Of a DNA stretch of 64,000 bases, positions 19,100-29,393 are shown one piece after another. A program made the translations under genes and the position numbers. Position 1 is the stretch's first letter. The number at the start of each line of letters is the position of its first letter. Source of the DNA: an uncultured Planctomycetota bacterium (lineage in GTDB: Bacteria > Planctomycetota > Planctomycetia > Isosphaerales > Isosphaeraceae); the NCBI GenBank assembly GCA_963823665.1, contig CAWGMQ010000010.1, positions 896,001 through 960,000 on the forward strand, written 5' to 3'. A model generated the notes under the pieces. The model made no database searches. It was not told where the DNA came from and saw only the letters and a program-made list of their open reading frames with translations.

Positions 19100-19792
19100 T
19101 CAACTGATGTAGCTCCGCAATGACTTCATCACTCCGACGAACACCGCCAGCGCCATCCAATACACTCCCAGCGCTCGCCCTGTCCGATCGATCCAGTCAC
19201 GCGCCGGCCGAAAACGGCCGATCCCGACGAGCACCAGCCACCCGATGAGCACCGCGGCGCCGACCGCGGGCGCGGTAGCACGCGGAAAACTTTCCAGCAC
19301 GAGACTATGGATGATCTCTCTCGGTGAATACCGCGAAGAACCGAACAGCCGCACAAAAGGCGGTGAAGGCAAATGGATCGAGGAATTGGAATGTGTAAGG
19401 TAGTCGAGGAGGTAGAACAGCACGTCCTCGGCCGGCCTGAGAACCATGCACAGAAGTGCCGCTGCGCACGCGACCGTGCCAGGCCCTTGGGCGATCTGCG
19501 CCAGGGGTGGTCGCGGCTTCCGGAGCCTCGCCGCGAGAACGGCCGGCGTGATGGCGATTGCGAACGGGATTGACCATGAAACACCAACCGCCAGCCCGTA
19601 ATGCACCGTGCGCGCGCGGCTCGCGTTGGTTGGAGCGGCAACAAAGGGCGGCCCCGCGCACCAATCCGGGTTCGCCCAATGCCGCACCATCGAAAAGCCG
19701 GCTGCAAGTGCAGCGACGACGAGCAACCCATCGCCGAGCGTGAACCGACGCGGCCGCTCGCCTTTCTGCGACGTGCACATCTCGGTCTGCAT
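19100..19792 (-). CDS. Multi-TM hypothetical protein with 'RRFTLGDGLL' N-terminus, paralog 2
   Basis: Tandem paralog of 18384-19085; GAGGTG RBS before ATG 19792. Confidence 0.8.
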   Translation of the reverse strand: MQTEMCTSQKGERPRRFTLGDGLLVVAALAAGFSMVRHWANPDWCAGPPFVAAPTNASRARTVHYGLAVGVSWSIPFAIAITPAVLAARLRKPRPPLAQIAQGPGTVACAAALLCMVLRPAEDVLFYLLDYLTHSNSSIHLPSPPFVRLFGSSRYSPREIIHSLVLESFPRATAPAVGAAVLIGWLVLVGIGRFRPARDWIDRTGRALGVYWMALAVFVGVMKSLRSYIS

Positions 19793-20084
19793 CACCTCGA
19801 ATCCTCCCCACACATCGTCCCGCCGGACGCTCCGGCAAGATGCTCCCAGTCTGGCCATACATCAGCAACCATTATCAGTGATTCTCCACCCGACTCGCCA
19901 CCCAGGGCCTCACCGTGCAGCAAGTAAATCCCCCGTGATGGCGGCACAATTCGCTCGGCGTTGTTAAAATCCCGGAGATAGCTTCGTTGGACTCAAAAGT
20001 TGTGCGAGGTTCGTGCAATCCATCTCGATCGCTCAAGATGTCTGCGATTCGTTGAGGTCTCGTCATTCATCGGGAGGGAGTACC

Positions 20085-21423
20085 ATGCTTCGGTCCATGG
20101 CCAGTCTGGTCATCTTCATCTCATTCGTTGCGTCGATGTCCGGGTGCGGCAGTCCCGCCGAGCCCAATGCGCCTCCGCGCGTCGCGGAATCTCCCTCGCC
20201 GCCACCGGCACCCGGGGGAGCTGCCCCGCGCGTCAAGATGATCAGAGAGATGAAGACCATCACGCCGACGGCTTTGGGCACACAGCGCCCGGCCGGCAAA
20301 TCCGCCCCATCCGGGGAACTGGCGTTCGTCGAGGCGGTGCAGCGTGGCGATCTCGCGAAAGTGGTGCGTACCGAGCTGAGCCCCGACGGCAATTTCCTTT
20401 ACGCAATCTGCTGGAATCCGGGATCCCTGCTCGCCTTCGCTCGCGATCCGGGAACCGGCAGCCTGACCCACGTTCAAACCATCGACCGCAACCCGGAGCT
20501 CGCCGGCGCCACCGGCCTGGCTCTCTCACCCGACAGCTCCTTCGCGGTGTCAGTCGCCTTTCGCTCGAAGGCCGTCATCCTGTTTCGCCGCGATTCGAAA
20601 TCGGGCGAGCTCACGCGGCTCGAATCGGCTCCTCGCAAGCCCCAGGATGTCGAATTCCCCGTCGCCGCGACGTTCTCCCCCAACGGCAAGTTCGTCTGCA
20701 TCGCCGACAACGGTGTGGAATCCACCTCAGGCGGTGTGCGAGTTTACCGGCTCGAGGGTGAGAAGCTCGTTGATGTTGGTATGGATCAAGGCCGTGGTCG
20801 CTGTTTCCAGGCGCGCGCAGCCTCGCGTTCCATCCTGATGGAAAGACGTTGTTCATCGCGAGCTGCGCCCGGGTGCCCTGGTCGTCGCCGATTTCGACAG
20901 CGAGAAGGGCGCGATCAAGATCCGTCAGGTGCTCTGGGCCGCTCCCAAGGGAGGTCGCGACTTCTCCCAGGCCGATGTCGGTCAAGTCACCGGAGTCCAG
21001 GGGCTCATCGACGTCGTCCCAGGCCCGGACGGCCGCTTCGTCACCACCAGCGCGGGCCGATTCAGCGGCCCCACCGTTGTGGCGAGCTTCAAGTACGGTG
21101 ACGACGGGCATCTCTCGGGCGTGACTGCCCTCAAGAGCTCGGGACCCACGTTCGCGGGCGGAAACCAGGTGGCCGTCAGCCCTGAAGGCCGCAGTGTCTA
21201 CGTGGCTGCAACACTCTCAGGCGTGATCGCCTGCGCCAGCCGCGATCCGAAGACCGGCCAGCTTGTCACTGGCGCGCTCGTTCCCGACGGCGGTTCACCC
21301 GGTGCCTCCGCAGACACCAAGAGCCCCGCCGGAGTCACCGTCACCCGCGACGGCAAGTTCCTCTACGTCGCCACCGAAGACAAAAGCGCCATCTCCATCT
21401 TCCGGCGCAATCCAAAGAACTGA
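20085..21423 (+). CDS. Lactonase-like beta-propeller lipoprotein (frameshifted around 20810-20880)
   Basis: Lipobox MSGC; repeated SPDGNFLY, SPNGKFV, SPEGRSVYVA and TRDGKFLYVA blades with F.RDP.TG.L motifs across two ORFs. Confidence 0.82.
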
Positions 21424-21436
21424 CAATTTCAAAGTT

Positions 21437-22985
21437 CTACGCAACCAGCAGCGCGAACCGCGCCAGTTTCTTGAGACAGTCGTCCAGCGATTTTTCGAGA
21501 TCGTCTTCCAGGTCCCCGGCGCGCTCGGATGGATCACCGCCTGCATCTGGCTCACTCCGTCGCACTGTGAACCGCCCCGCTCGCGCGCCCAGAACGAGCT
21601 TTTCAAGCAGCGCCCCGCGGTCGTGATCTCCATCCAGCAGGCACAGCACTTCCCTTCCGAAGTCATTTAGTTTGCCCGCCTCGTGCCGCAGATTCGTCAC
21701 CGTATCGCCAAGCTGCGCCTGCACGCGGGCAATGGCGCTGGCAACGGGCCGCATGCTGATCTCGACGACGAACGCCGGCGGCAGCGTTCCCAGCTCAACG
21801 CGTTTCTGCCCGAAGCAGCGAACAAGTCCCGCCTCGAGCGCTCGCGCACAGCTCCGGCTCTCCGGAGACGGATAGCCGGTGGATCCGTGCATTGTGGTCT
21901 CCACTCGTTGCAGCAGCGATTCAAATGAAACCGAAAGTGGCCAGAGCTTCTGAAGCTGATCAAGCGCCGTCTTGAGAACCGGCTCATCCTGCGGCGCGCC
22001 TTGAGCCTGGTTCCCTGACCCGCGCGCCGCGACGTAAAGCCGTTGCAGATCGCCGGCCCGCGCGCTGCGCTGCCATTCGATCCCAGCGTGACACAAGACG
22101 CTCTGACGAAATCTCCGGTTGATGACGAAGTCCAGGAACTGCTCGTACTCGACTTGGTCGTGCGCAAGCCGTCGCAATCCGTCCGCGATCCCTGGCGGCA
22201 GGCTCTCGCTCGGAATCGAGGTATTCTGCACCTCGGCGACGTATTGAAGCCCATGCCGGCCGGCTCGCTCGACGAACTCGTGGAAATACACGGGCAAGTT
22301 CACCGATTCCAGATGGTCGTGCAGCAAGTACGCGTCATTTCGGGCCGTGATGTAATCCAGTTCTTGCCGTAACAGGCTGCTATAGACCGGCTCGATGCCC
22401 TGGGCCGACGTCGTCACGAACTGAAGTACGCCCCTCGCCTCGCACGCCCGCACTTCCGGCTCTTCAAACCGCCGCACATGGTAGCACATGAGTTCGCGAG
22501 CCAGCCCGCGAAAATGCCAGCCGGGATAGGTGTTGTAGCTGACGTAAACCAGTCCGTCAGGCGCCAGGCAGCGAGCCGAGAGCTCTCAGGATTTTCTCCT
22601 GAACCTCCGGTTCAACCCACGAATACGTTCCGTGGCATATGATGAAATCAAACGTACCGATTGCGGCATCGAGGTCGAGGATGTCTCGCGCCTCGACGCG
22701 GATGTTGCCCAACCCCACCCGCTCGATCAGCTCGCACCCCTCGCGAACCTGGTGGCCCGAAGAGTCGAACCCGACGAACTGGGCCTGCGGCATCTCCACC
22801 GCCATCGGGATGAGATTGCCCCCCCGCGCGCAGCCCAGCTCGAGCACGCGGCAGCGTGACACCGGCGGCGGGCTCAATCCCGCCAGGATCGCCACGGTCG
22901 CAAGCTGATCGGGATGGCTCGACCGATAGGGATCGTTGGGATAGGGAACCTCCTGGTAACTCGTCGGTGCTGGTTGAAAGAGCAT
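21437..22985 (-). CDS. Class I SAM methyltransferase with methyltransferase regulatory domain (frameshift near 22575)
   Basis: RVLELGCARGGN, FDFIICHGTYSWV, YVSYNTYPGW, YLLHDHLE..N.PVYFHEF and NRRFRQSVLC. Confidence 0.88.
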
Positions 22986-23008
22986 GGTCGAAGAGCTTCC
23001 CGGATTGT

Positions 23009-23509
23009 TTATTCGACGCGCTCATAAATCTGGTCGATTTCCTGGACAGCATTGCCGGCCCGTAGCGTCCCCTTGTGATACCACTTCCCATCCTCGATCT
23101 TCCACGAGAACTTGAAGGTCTTCCCGGCCATGGCTTGCTGACTGGGGCTGATCGCGAATTCCGTGATTTCCGTGTAGGTGTCGTCCTCGACTGTGTAGCG
23201 GCCGCCTGCGCCACCGACGGCTCTGTCTTTTTGCACATACGTCCAGACAAATCGCCCGTCGATCACGAGTTTGAAAAGCTCGACGCCCTCGGGGAGCTTC
23301 CGCATTTCCCCGCTCCTTGGGTCCTTCGCGCTCACGAGCCGCCAGGCCCCATCCAGCGGGGACTTCGCTTTTGGTTTCGTTTTCACTTTAACTCTGTCTT
23401 TCTCGGCATCTTGACCGGCCACGGAGTGAGCCGGCCCCAGGATCGCTAGCGGCGGCACGAGCAAACCCAGGGCGAACCCCGAAAGAAGCAACGACGAGAT
23501 GCGGCACAT
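23009..23509 (-). CDS. Exported lipocalin-like hypothetical protein
   Basis: Signal peptide; LDGAWRLVS, GAGGRYTVEDDTYTE and a beta-rich pattern; GGGAG RBS. Confidence 0.7.
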   Translation of the reverse strand: MCRISSLLLSGFALGLLVPPLAILGPAHSVAGQDAEKDRVKVKTKPKAKSPLDGAWRLVSAKDPRSGEMRKLPEGVELFKLVIDGRFVWTYVQKDRAVGGAGGRYTVEDDTYTEITEFAISPSQQAMAGKTFKFSWKIEDGKWYHKGTLRAGNAVQEIDQIYERVE

Positions 23510-23628
23510 GAGAAGCTCCCGGATGAAAAGCGGATCAGAGGCCCCCACCCGTGCTCGTGGGCCGACATGCTATGGGGACCGGTGCGGTCATGATAACGCG
23601 GGGAGCGATGAGAAGACCAGCGCGATCC

Positions 23629-25040
23629 TCATCTGGCCACAACAACGGAAACCTTGCCGGTTCGCCTGAAGACGTCAACGCCGACATCATTGCCATGGCG
23701 CACCAGGTGAAGGTCCAGAATCGCCGTTCCAACTTCCAGATTCGTGATCCGAAGCCCGGGAACGAACGGGGGCAATTGCGGTTGGTGCAGTGAAACCTGC
23801 CGCTCAACCGCGTCGATCGACAGACCCAGGCATGCCTGCAGCAGCAGGAAAACCGAGCCCGCCGCCCATGCCTGCGGTGCGCAGGCCACCGGGTATGCGA
23901 TCGGGCCCTCACCCGGCTCGCGATCGAAGCCGCAAAAAAGCTCCGGCATCCGGTTCAGCTCGAAGTAATTCCCCGCCGCAAACAGCCCACCGAGCACGAA
24001 CGACGCCAGGTCTTTGAGACCGTATCGCGAGGCCCCGAAAGCGACGAGCGCATCCTTGGCCGCCACACCAACTTCTCCGACAAATTCGACCCAGGGCGAC
24101 CTCTCAAGCAGCGGCGCGATCGTATTCTGGTAATATGATTCTTCTTCCGGGTAAATCTTGGCGGCGACGCGCAGCGGCAGCCCGAAGGTGTTGTCATATC
24201 CCGCCACGCCGCAGTCCATTCGCCAGTTCTTCTTGGTCACCGCCGGCCGGAAGTTGACCAGCACGTACAGCTCGTTCAGGTCGTCGGGGTCGGTCTGGTC
24301 CTCGTCTTCCAGGAACAGCCTTGCGAAATCAAGCGCATCGATGTCATTCGTTCCGGAGCGAAACGTCTGTGCCATTTTCACCAAGGCGTCTGAAGGCAAC
24401 GGTCCGCGGTCGATGAGCACGGAGTTCTCGCGAGCGAGTCCCTTCGACGCATTCGTCTCCAGGTCCATGGCCGAATCGATCAAGACGTCACCCTTCTCAT
24501 AGTTTTCCGGTACGTCTTCCGCCTTCTTGCCGAGCACGTCCAGGAATGAGCCTATGATGTCGAACGATTTGCGGCCGTAACCGTTATGCCCGGCCCGGTG
24601 CAGCCCGCCACGGCTGACCTCGCCGTCGCCAAGCGACTCGATGCTGTGCTCCATCAGCGCGTAGGGCGCATGTCGTCGTCGGACGAGATCATCAGCCCGC
24701 CCAGAGTATACCTGAGCGTATAGTTGCGGTTTCCGCCGTAGCTGGGGCGGAACAGATTCTTGACGAGCCCATCCAGCCGCTTGTCGCGCAGCCGGCGGCT
24801 CAGGTAGCCCAGGAACTGCTCCTTCTGCCGCGGACCGACATAGAACAGCTCGTTGTGCGTGCTCGTTTGCTCCAGCAGCGGATAATATTTTTCCTGGGCA
24901 ACCGGGCTCGAATCGTCGCAGACAATCAAGGTCGCGGAATGCCCGTTCCCCCAGAAGTGCTCGTCGTAGTGCTTGACCGTTTCACCGACGTCCCGAAACC
25001 GGTACGTCGGTATGACGAACTACAGCTCTTCAGCTTGCAT
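23629..25040 (-). pseudogene. Chimeric remnant of a GT2-like gene, a GT4 fragment and the C-terminus of an amylo-alpha-1,6-glucosidase (glycogen debranching enzyme)
   Basis: MQAEEL*FVIPTYR (TAG at 25020-25022), DDSS, YGGNRN and SDDDM, with a frameshift near 24660. Then PLRVAAK..VEFVGEV (GT4-like), then MPELFCGF..YPVACAPQAWAAG (GDE-like). Confidence 0.75.
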
Positions 25041-25340
25041 CTCTCTCCCCGGCCGATAAGCCAGGGACGCCACTCGCCTCGGGCGAGCATCCACACGTAG
25101 CAGTCGCTCAGGCTGAATCGATCACGATCCCGCAATGAACGCGAATCTCGCCTCCCCCCCGGCCGGGTCCCCCCCGACTCGAGATTTCGGTAACGAGGAC
25201 CTGCAAAGGACGTGCCCGAGCGGGCAGCATCTGGCAAGCGGATGACGCCACGACTGTTAGGGCGATTCGTACGGCACGGGGTTCTCGATCGGATCGTGCG
25301 TTGTGCACGACGGCGGCGGCGAAATGCATGCACCATTCCT

Positions 25341-28300
25341 CTACCGTTGACTTCCGGCGCGCTTGAGAAGCGAATCGACCTCCGTCCAGAGCGATTGCCA
25401 CGCGTTCTGCTCATCCGTCGGGAGCTTGGCCACCGCAGGGGCGTCGCGGACGCTCGCGAGGTCGGTGTCCTGCTTCCAGTGACTGAGCACCTCTACGATT
25501 GCAGGGCGAGCCTGGGGCGGTCCGGATTCGAGGATCTTACGCCAAGCAGTAAGCTCGGCCTTCAACCAGTCAAGGGTCTGACGGCGTAGTCTCATCTTCG
25601 CCGCGTCATCAGGCGGCGGGCCTTTCTTGTCTTGTCCTGCGGCAACAAGAGCCGCCGCGCAGGCGGCGTTGTAGCGATGCTGCGCCCGGCGGATATCAAC
25701 GAGCTTCGGATCGTTTTCCAGCGCCTCCGACCATAAACGGTATGCAACGGCGAAGTGCTTGCGTTTGTACGCCATCTGGGCGAAGGCCAGGCGTTCGGCG
25801 TTGTCACGAGGTTTGTCCTCACCGCTGACGATGCCCGGCAACCTGTTCGCCAGAGCCAGGATTCGCTCGGCCCCGGCGACCCATTGCGCCGAGGGGTATT
25901 GCCAGCCCGGCCTCCGCGAGCCCAGCTCGTGTCCCTTTCGCAAAAGATCGAGCACCTCGGCGGCGTCGACCTTTTCTTGAAGAAGTAAACCAAGGTTGCA
26001 ATGGGCTTCGGCGTAGTCGGGCTTGATCCTGATCGCCTCGCGGTATTCGGTGATGGCCAGGTCGAGCTTGCCCTGGCGCGTCAGGACGATGCCGAGCTCG
26101 CAGTGCGGTCCGGCGAAGTCGGGCTTGAGCCGCACCGCCGACCGGAATTCCACAATGGCGTCGTCAAGCTTCCCTTGGCTCGCCAGGGCGAGGCCCAGGT
26201 TGGAGTGAGCGTGGGCGTTGTTGGGCTCGAGCCGGATCGTCGTACGGCATTCGGCGATGGCCTCCTCGAGCTTGCCCTGTTTCCGCAGAGCGTTTCCGAG
26301 GTTGTTGTGGGCCTGGGCGAGGTCGGGCTTGATCCGGATCGCCTCGCGGTATTCAGTGATGGCAAGGTCGAGCTTTCCCTGGTCCGACAGGCAGGCGCCG
26401 AGATTGCTGTGGGCTCCGGCGTGGTCGGGCTTGATCCGGATCGCCTCGCGGTATTCGTCGATGGCGAGGTCGAGCTGGCCTTGGTCCGACAGGGTCGCGG
26501 CGAGGTTGTTGTGGGCTTCAACGTAGTCGGGCCTGAGCTGGATCGCGGTACGGTATTCGGCGATGGCTAGTTCGGGCCTGCCCAGCTTGTGCAACGCGTT
26601 TCCGAGTTCGTAGTGGACTGAAGCGAGGTCCGGGTTGAGCCGGATCGCCGTGCGATACTCCGCAACGGCTGGTTCAAGATTGCCCTGGTCCATCAGGGCC
26701 CTGCCGAGGATGCTGTGGGCCACCGCGTTGTCGGGCCTGAGCCCGATCGCCGTCCGGTATTCGGCGATCGCCGGGTCGAGCTTGCCTTGATTCGCCAGGG
26801 CGATTCCGAGGTTCGAGTGGGTTACGGTGGTGTCGAGCTTCAGCCCTATCGCCGTGCGGAATTCGGCCTCCGCGGCGGCGTACTCACGCTTGCCGTCGCA
26901 CAGGGCCACTCCGAGATGGAAATGCGCGACGCCATCGTCGGGGTTGATCCGGATCGCCTCGCGCAATGTTGCGACCGCCTGGTTGAACGCCGCTTCGGCC
27001 TCGGCCGATGGGCCGCGGCTGTTCAACTCCTGGCCCAGACACATCAAGTGCCGCCCATTCTTGGGATTCAGCCGCGTGAGGTCGCGGAAGACCTCGATCG
27101 CCTCGTCGGATTCGCCCTTGGCAGAGAGCGCATGCGCCAGCACGTGGGCCGTCTCGGGGCGGATCGCGCGCGCCGCTATGTAGTACCGAATGGCCTCGTC
27201 GCGGCGAGAGAGCTTCTGAAGCACCGTCGCCAGTACGTAGTTCACCCAGACATCATCTGGATGGCGGTGCTGCGCGGTCCGCAGCACCGACTCGGCCAGC
27301 TCTCTGTCGCCGGCGGCGTTCAGGCCGGACCCCAGCAACTGCAGACTGATCGCGCCCAGCTCATCAAGCTTCGCCTCCTTTGCCAGCGCCTGCAATCCGG
27401 CCAGCCGAGACGCCTTGTCAGGTTGATCGAGCGTCGTCCGCAGCTTGTTCCGCCAGGGCTCGGGGTCGGCAACTCGAGCGGCTGCGCTCAGCCGTGCAGC
27501 CGCGGCCGCGTCAGCCCCGCGGCCGCGTCGCATCTCCGCCCAGTCATCGACCGCATCGGCCATGACCAGCGCCACCGAAGTCGGACGAGCGCGGATCTTC
27601 GCTCCCGCCTCCTCGGGCGGCAGGATCGCGAAATCGATACCGGCATCGCGGAACGCGTCGGTATAGGCCGCATCCGTGGCCGCGCCATCCATGTCGTCGG
27701 CCTCTGCGCTGCGGATCTCGACGAGGCGGTCGAGCAACGTTCGGTCGCGCCGGGCCGCGTCCAGACCCTCCTTGATCACCGAGTGTAAGGCCATCAGCCG
27801 TTCCTGAGCTGTCCCATCATCACCGGCGTCAACCTGCTCCACGGCGGCGAGCGCCACCTGCCAGCGCGACAGGTCCTCGGGTTCGGCAGCGGCCTGCTCG
27901 CGCAACGTGACCGCCTTTCCCAGAATCCGGTCCACGGCCGCGGCCCGCGCCGCCCGCTGCTGGAGGTAATACGTGGTGCTCAGCCCGCCGAGCGTCGTGA
28001 GCGCCAGTAACGCGGCCGCCAGGCCAAGCTGAAGCTTGCGCCGCCGCCGCTCCTCGATCGCCCGGGCCACCGCCACCGCTCGCTCCCGCTCCGCGGCCTG
28101 CACCCGGGCCTGCACGCCGGCCAGATAGGCCGTCATCCGCTCTGCGACAGCGCCCGCATCGCGCGGCCGGTCCGCCGTCTCGACGGCCATGCAATCCTTC
28201 GCCAGGGCGATCAGCTCGCCCTCGGCCCCGCAGGTGTTCAGCCGAGAGAGCGCGTCGGCGTTGTCGCCCCGCATCGCCTTGCGGAGGATCTCGCCGGAGC

Positions 28301-29294
28301 CTCGCCCGGTATAGGCCGGCCCGCCGGACAGGATCTCACAAAGGATCGAGCCCAGCCCGAACACGTCGGCCCGCCGATCGACGCGCTCAACTTCGCCCGC
28401 TGCCTGCTCAGGCGCCATGTACGCGGGCGTGCCCAGAACGCTGCCGGCCTGCGATTGGTCGACGTCGGAGCCGCTGCGCACCGTCGCGATCACGCTCACC
28501 TCCGGCGCGGGCTGGTCCGCAGGCTCGTCGGCCACGCCGCCTTCCTTCAATACCTTGGCCAGCCCCCAGTCCATCACCTGGACTTCGCCGAATGAGCCAA
28601 CCATCACGTTCGACGGCTTCAAGTCACGATGGATCACGCCGCGAGCGTGTGCGTAAGCCAACGTCTGGCAGACGGCCTCGAAGATGCCGAGGAAGCGCGG
28701 AAGATCGTGCGCGGCAGATTGGCGTTCGGCCAGCAGCGCCGAGAGCGTCCGGCCCTTCACCAGCTTCATTGTGAAATACGGCCGGCGATCGGCGAACGCG
28801 CCCAGCTCGTAGACCGGCACGATGCCGGGATGCTGGAGCTGCCCGCCGATCTGCGCTTCCTCGACGAACCGGCGAACCAGCTCGGGCTTGTCGTGATGGC
28901 TTTCGAGCAAAACCTTCACGGCCAGGTCGCGGCCGAGGTCCGGGTCGCGGCCCTTGAGCACTGCCCCCATGCCGCCACGTGCGATCTCGCCGAAGAGCTG
29001 GTAGCGGTCGCCCCGCTCGCCGGGGCCGGGCATCTCGTCCGACGATGGCTTGATGATGGCGACGCCCGCGTCATCGGTCGCCGTGTCGGGAAGCAGGACC
29101 CTCGGAATCGGCCCGATCGATCGCGCCAGCGACTCGAGAACACGTCCCGGCTGAGTCGGCTCGAAGCCGAACGTCATCTCCTCCCCCGAGGCATCGAGCC
29201 CGGCGCGGAGCATGCAGACCGGGCAAGACGTGCCCGCAGGTGCGTCGGATCGAAGCGGATTTCCACAACGGTTGCAGCGGCGAGGCTCGGTCAT
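25341..29294 (-). CDS. Membrane Ser/Thr protein kinase with N-terminal CxxC..CPxC zinc ribbon and C-terminal TPR array
   Basis: IARGGMG, AVK, HRDLKPSN, DWGLAK and GTPAYMAPE; a TM segment; 34-aa TPR repeats (AH.NLG..L..QGKLD.AI.EYR.AI). Confidence 0.96.
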   Translation of the reverse strand: MTEPRRCNRCGNPLRSDAPAGTSCPVCMLRAGLDASGEEMTFGFEPTQPGRVLESLARSIGPIPRVLLPDTATDDAGVAIIKPSSDEMPGPGERGDRYQLFGEIARGGMGAVLKGRDPDLGRDLAVKVLLESHHDKPELVRRFVEEAQIGGQLQHPGIVPVYELGAFADRRPYFTMKLVKGRTLSALLAERQSAAHDLPRFLGIFEAVCQTLAYAHARGVIHRDLKPSNVMVGSFGEVQVMDWGLAKVLKEGGVADEPADQPAPEVSVIATVRSGSDVDQSQAGSVLGTPAYMAPEQAAGEVERVDRRADVFGLGSILCEILSGGPAYTGRGSGEILRKAMRGDNADALSRLNTCGAEGELIALAKDCMAVETADRPRDAGAVAERMTAYLAGVQARVQAAERERAVAVARAIEERRRRKLQLGLAAALLALTTLGGLSTTYYLQQRAARAAAVDRILGKAVTLREQAAAEPEDLSRWQVALAAVEQVDAGDDGTAQERLMALHSVIKEGLDAARRDRTLLDRLVEIRSAEADDMDGAATDAAYTDAFRDAGIDFAILPPEEAGAKIRARPTSVALVMADAVDDWAEMRRGRGADAAAAARLSAAARVADPEPWRNKLRTTLDQPDKASRLAGLQALAKEAKLDELGAISLQLLGSGLNAAGDRELAESVLRTAQHRHPDDVWVNYVLATVLQKLSRRDEAIRYYIAARAIRPETAHVLAHALSAKGESDEAIEVFRDLTRLNPKNGRHLMCLGQELNSRGPSAEAEAAFNQAVATLREAIRINPDDGVAHFHLGVALCDGKREYAAAEAEFRTAIGLKLDTTVTHSNLGIALANQGKLDPAIAEYRTAIGLRPDNAVAHSILGRALMDQGNLEPAVAEYRTAIRLNPDLASVHYELGNALHKLGRPELAIAEYRTAIQLRPDYVEAHNNLAATLSDQGQLDLAIDEYREAIRIKPDHAGAHSNLGACLSDQGKLDLAITEYREAIRIKPDLAQAHNNLGNALRKQGKLEEAIAECRTTIRLEPNNAHAHSNLGLALASQGKLDDAIVEFRSAVRLKPDFAGPHCELGIVLTRQGKLDLAITEYREAIRIKPDYAEAHCNLGLLLQEKVDAAEVLDLLRKGHELGSRRPGWQYPSAQWVAGAERILALANRLPGIVSGEDKPRDNAERLAFAQMAYKRKHFAVAYRLWSEALENDPKLVDIRRAQHRYNAACAAALVAAGQDKKGPPPDDAAKMRLRRQTLDWLKAELTAWRKILESGPPQARPAIVEVLSHWKQDTDLASVRDAPAVAKLPTDEQNAWQSLWTEVDSLLKRAGSQR

Positions 29295-29372
29295 CTTCCC
29301 GGCTCCGGAAACAGCCAGTGCGTGTCGTCTACCAAGAAGAGACAGAAAAACTGCGCGAGGTCACGAAAAAAA

Positions 29373-29393
29373 TCAGGCTAAAGCCTGCCCTAC
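29373..29393 (-). repeat. Single GTAG-type REP copy whose GTAG contains the ECF stop codon
   Basis: Minus strand reads GTAGGGCAGGCTTTAGCCTGA, with TAG at 29390-29392. Confidence 0.65.

Noticed and set aside
25020..25022. In-frame TAG as pyrrolysine or readthrough
   Set aside because: The same locus has a frameshift and large deletions, so decay or error is simpler. No pyl genes are seen, and TAG ends other genes in the window.
25041..25340. Short ORFs between the pseudogene and kinase 2
   Set aside because: No recognisable motifs or convincing starts.
29325..29370. Possible ECF promoter (GTGACC...GTCT) upstream of kinase 2
   Set aside because: A single occurrence with no second copy found in the window, so it is too weak to call.
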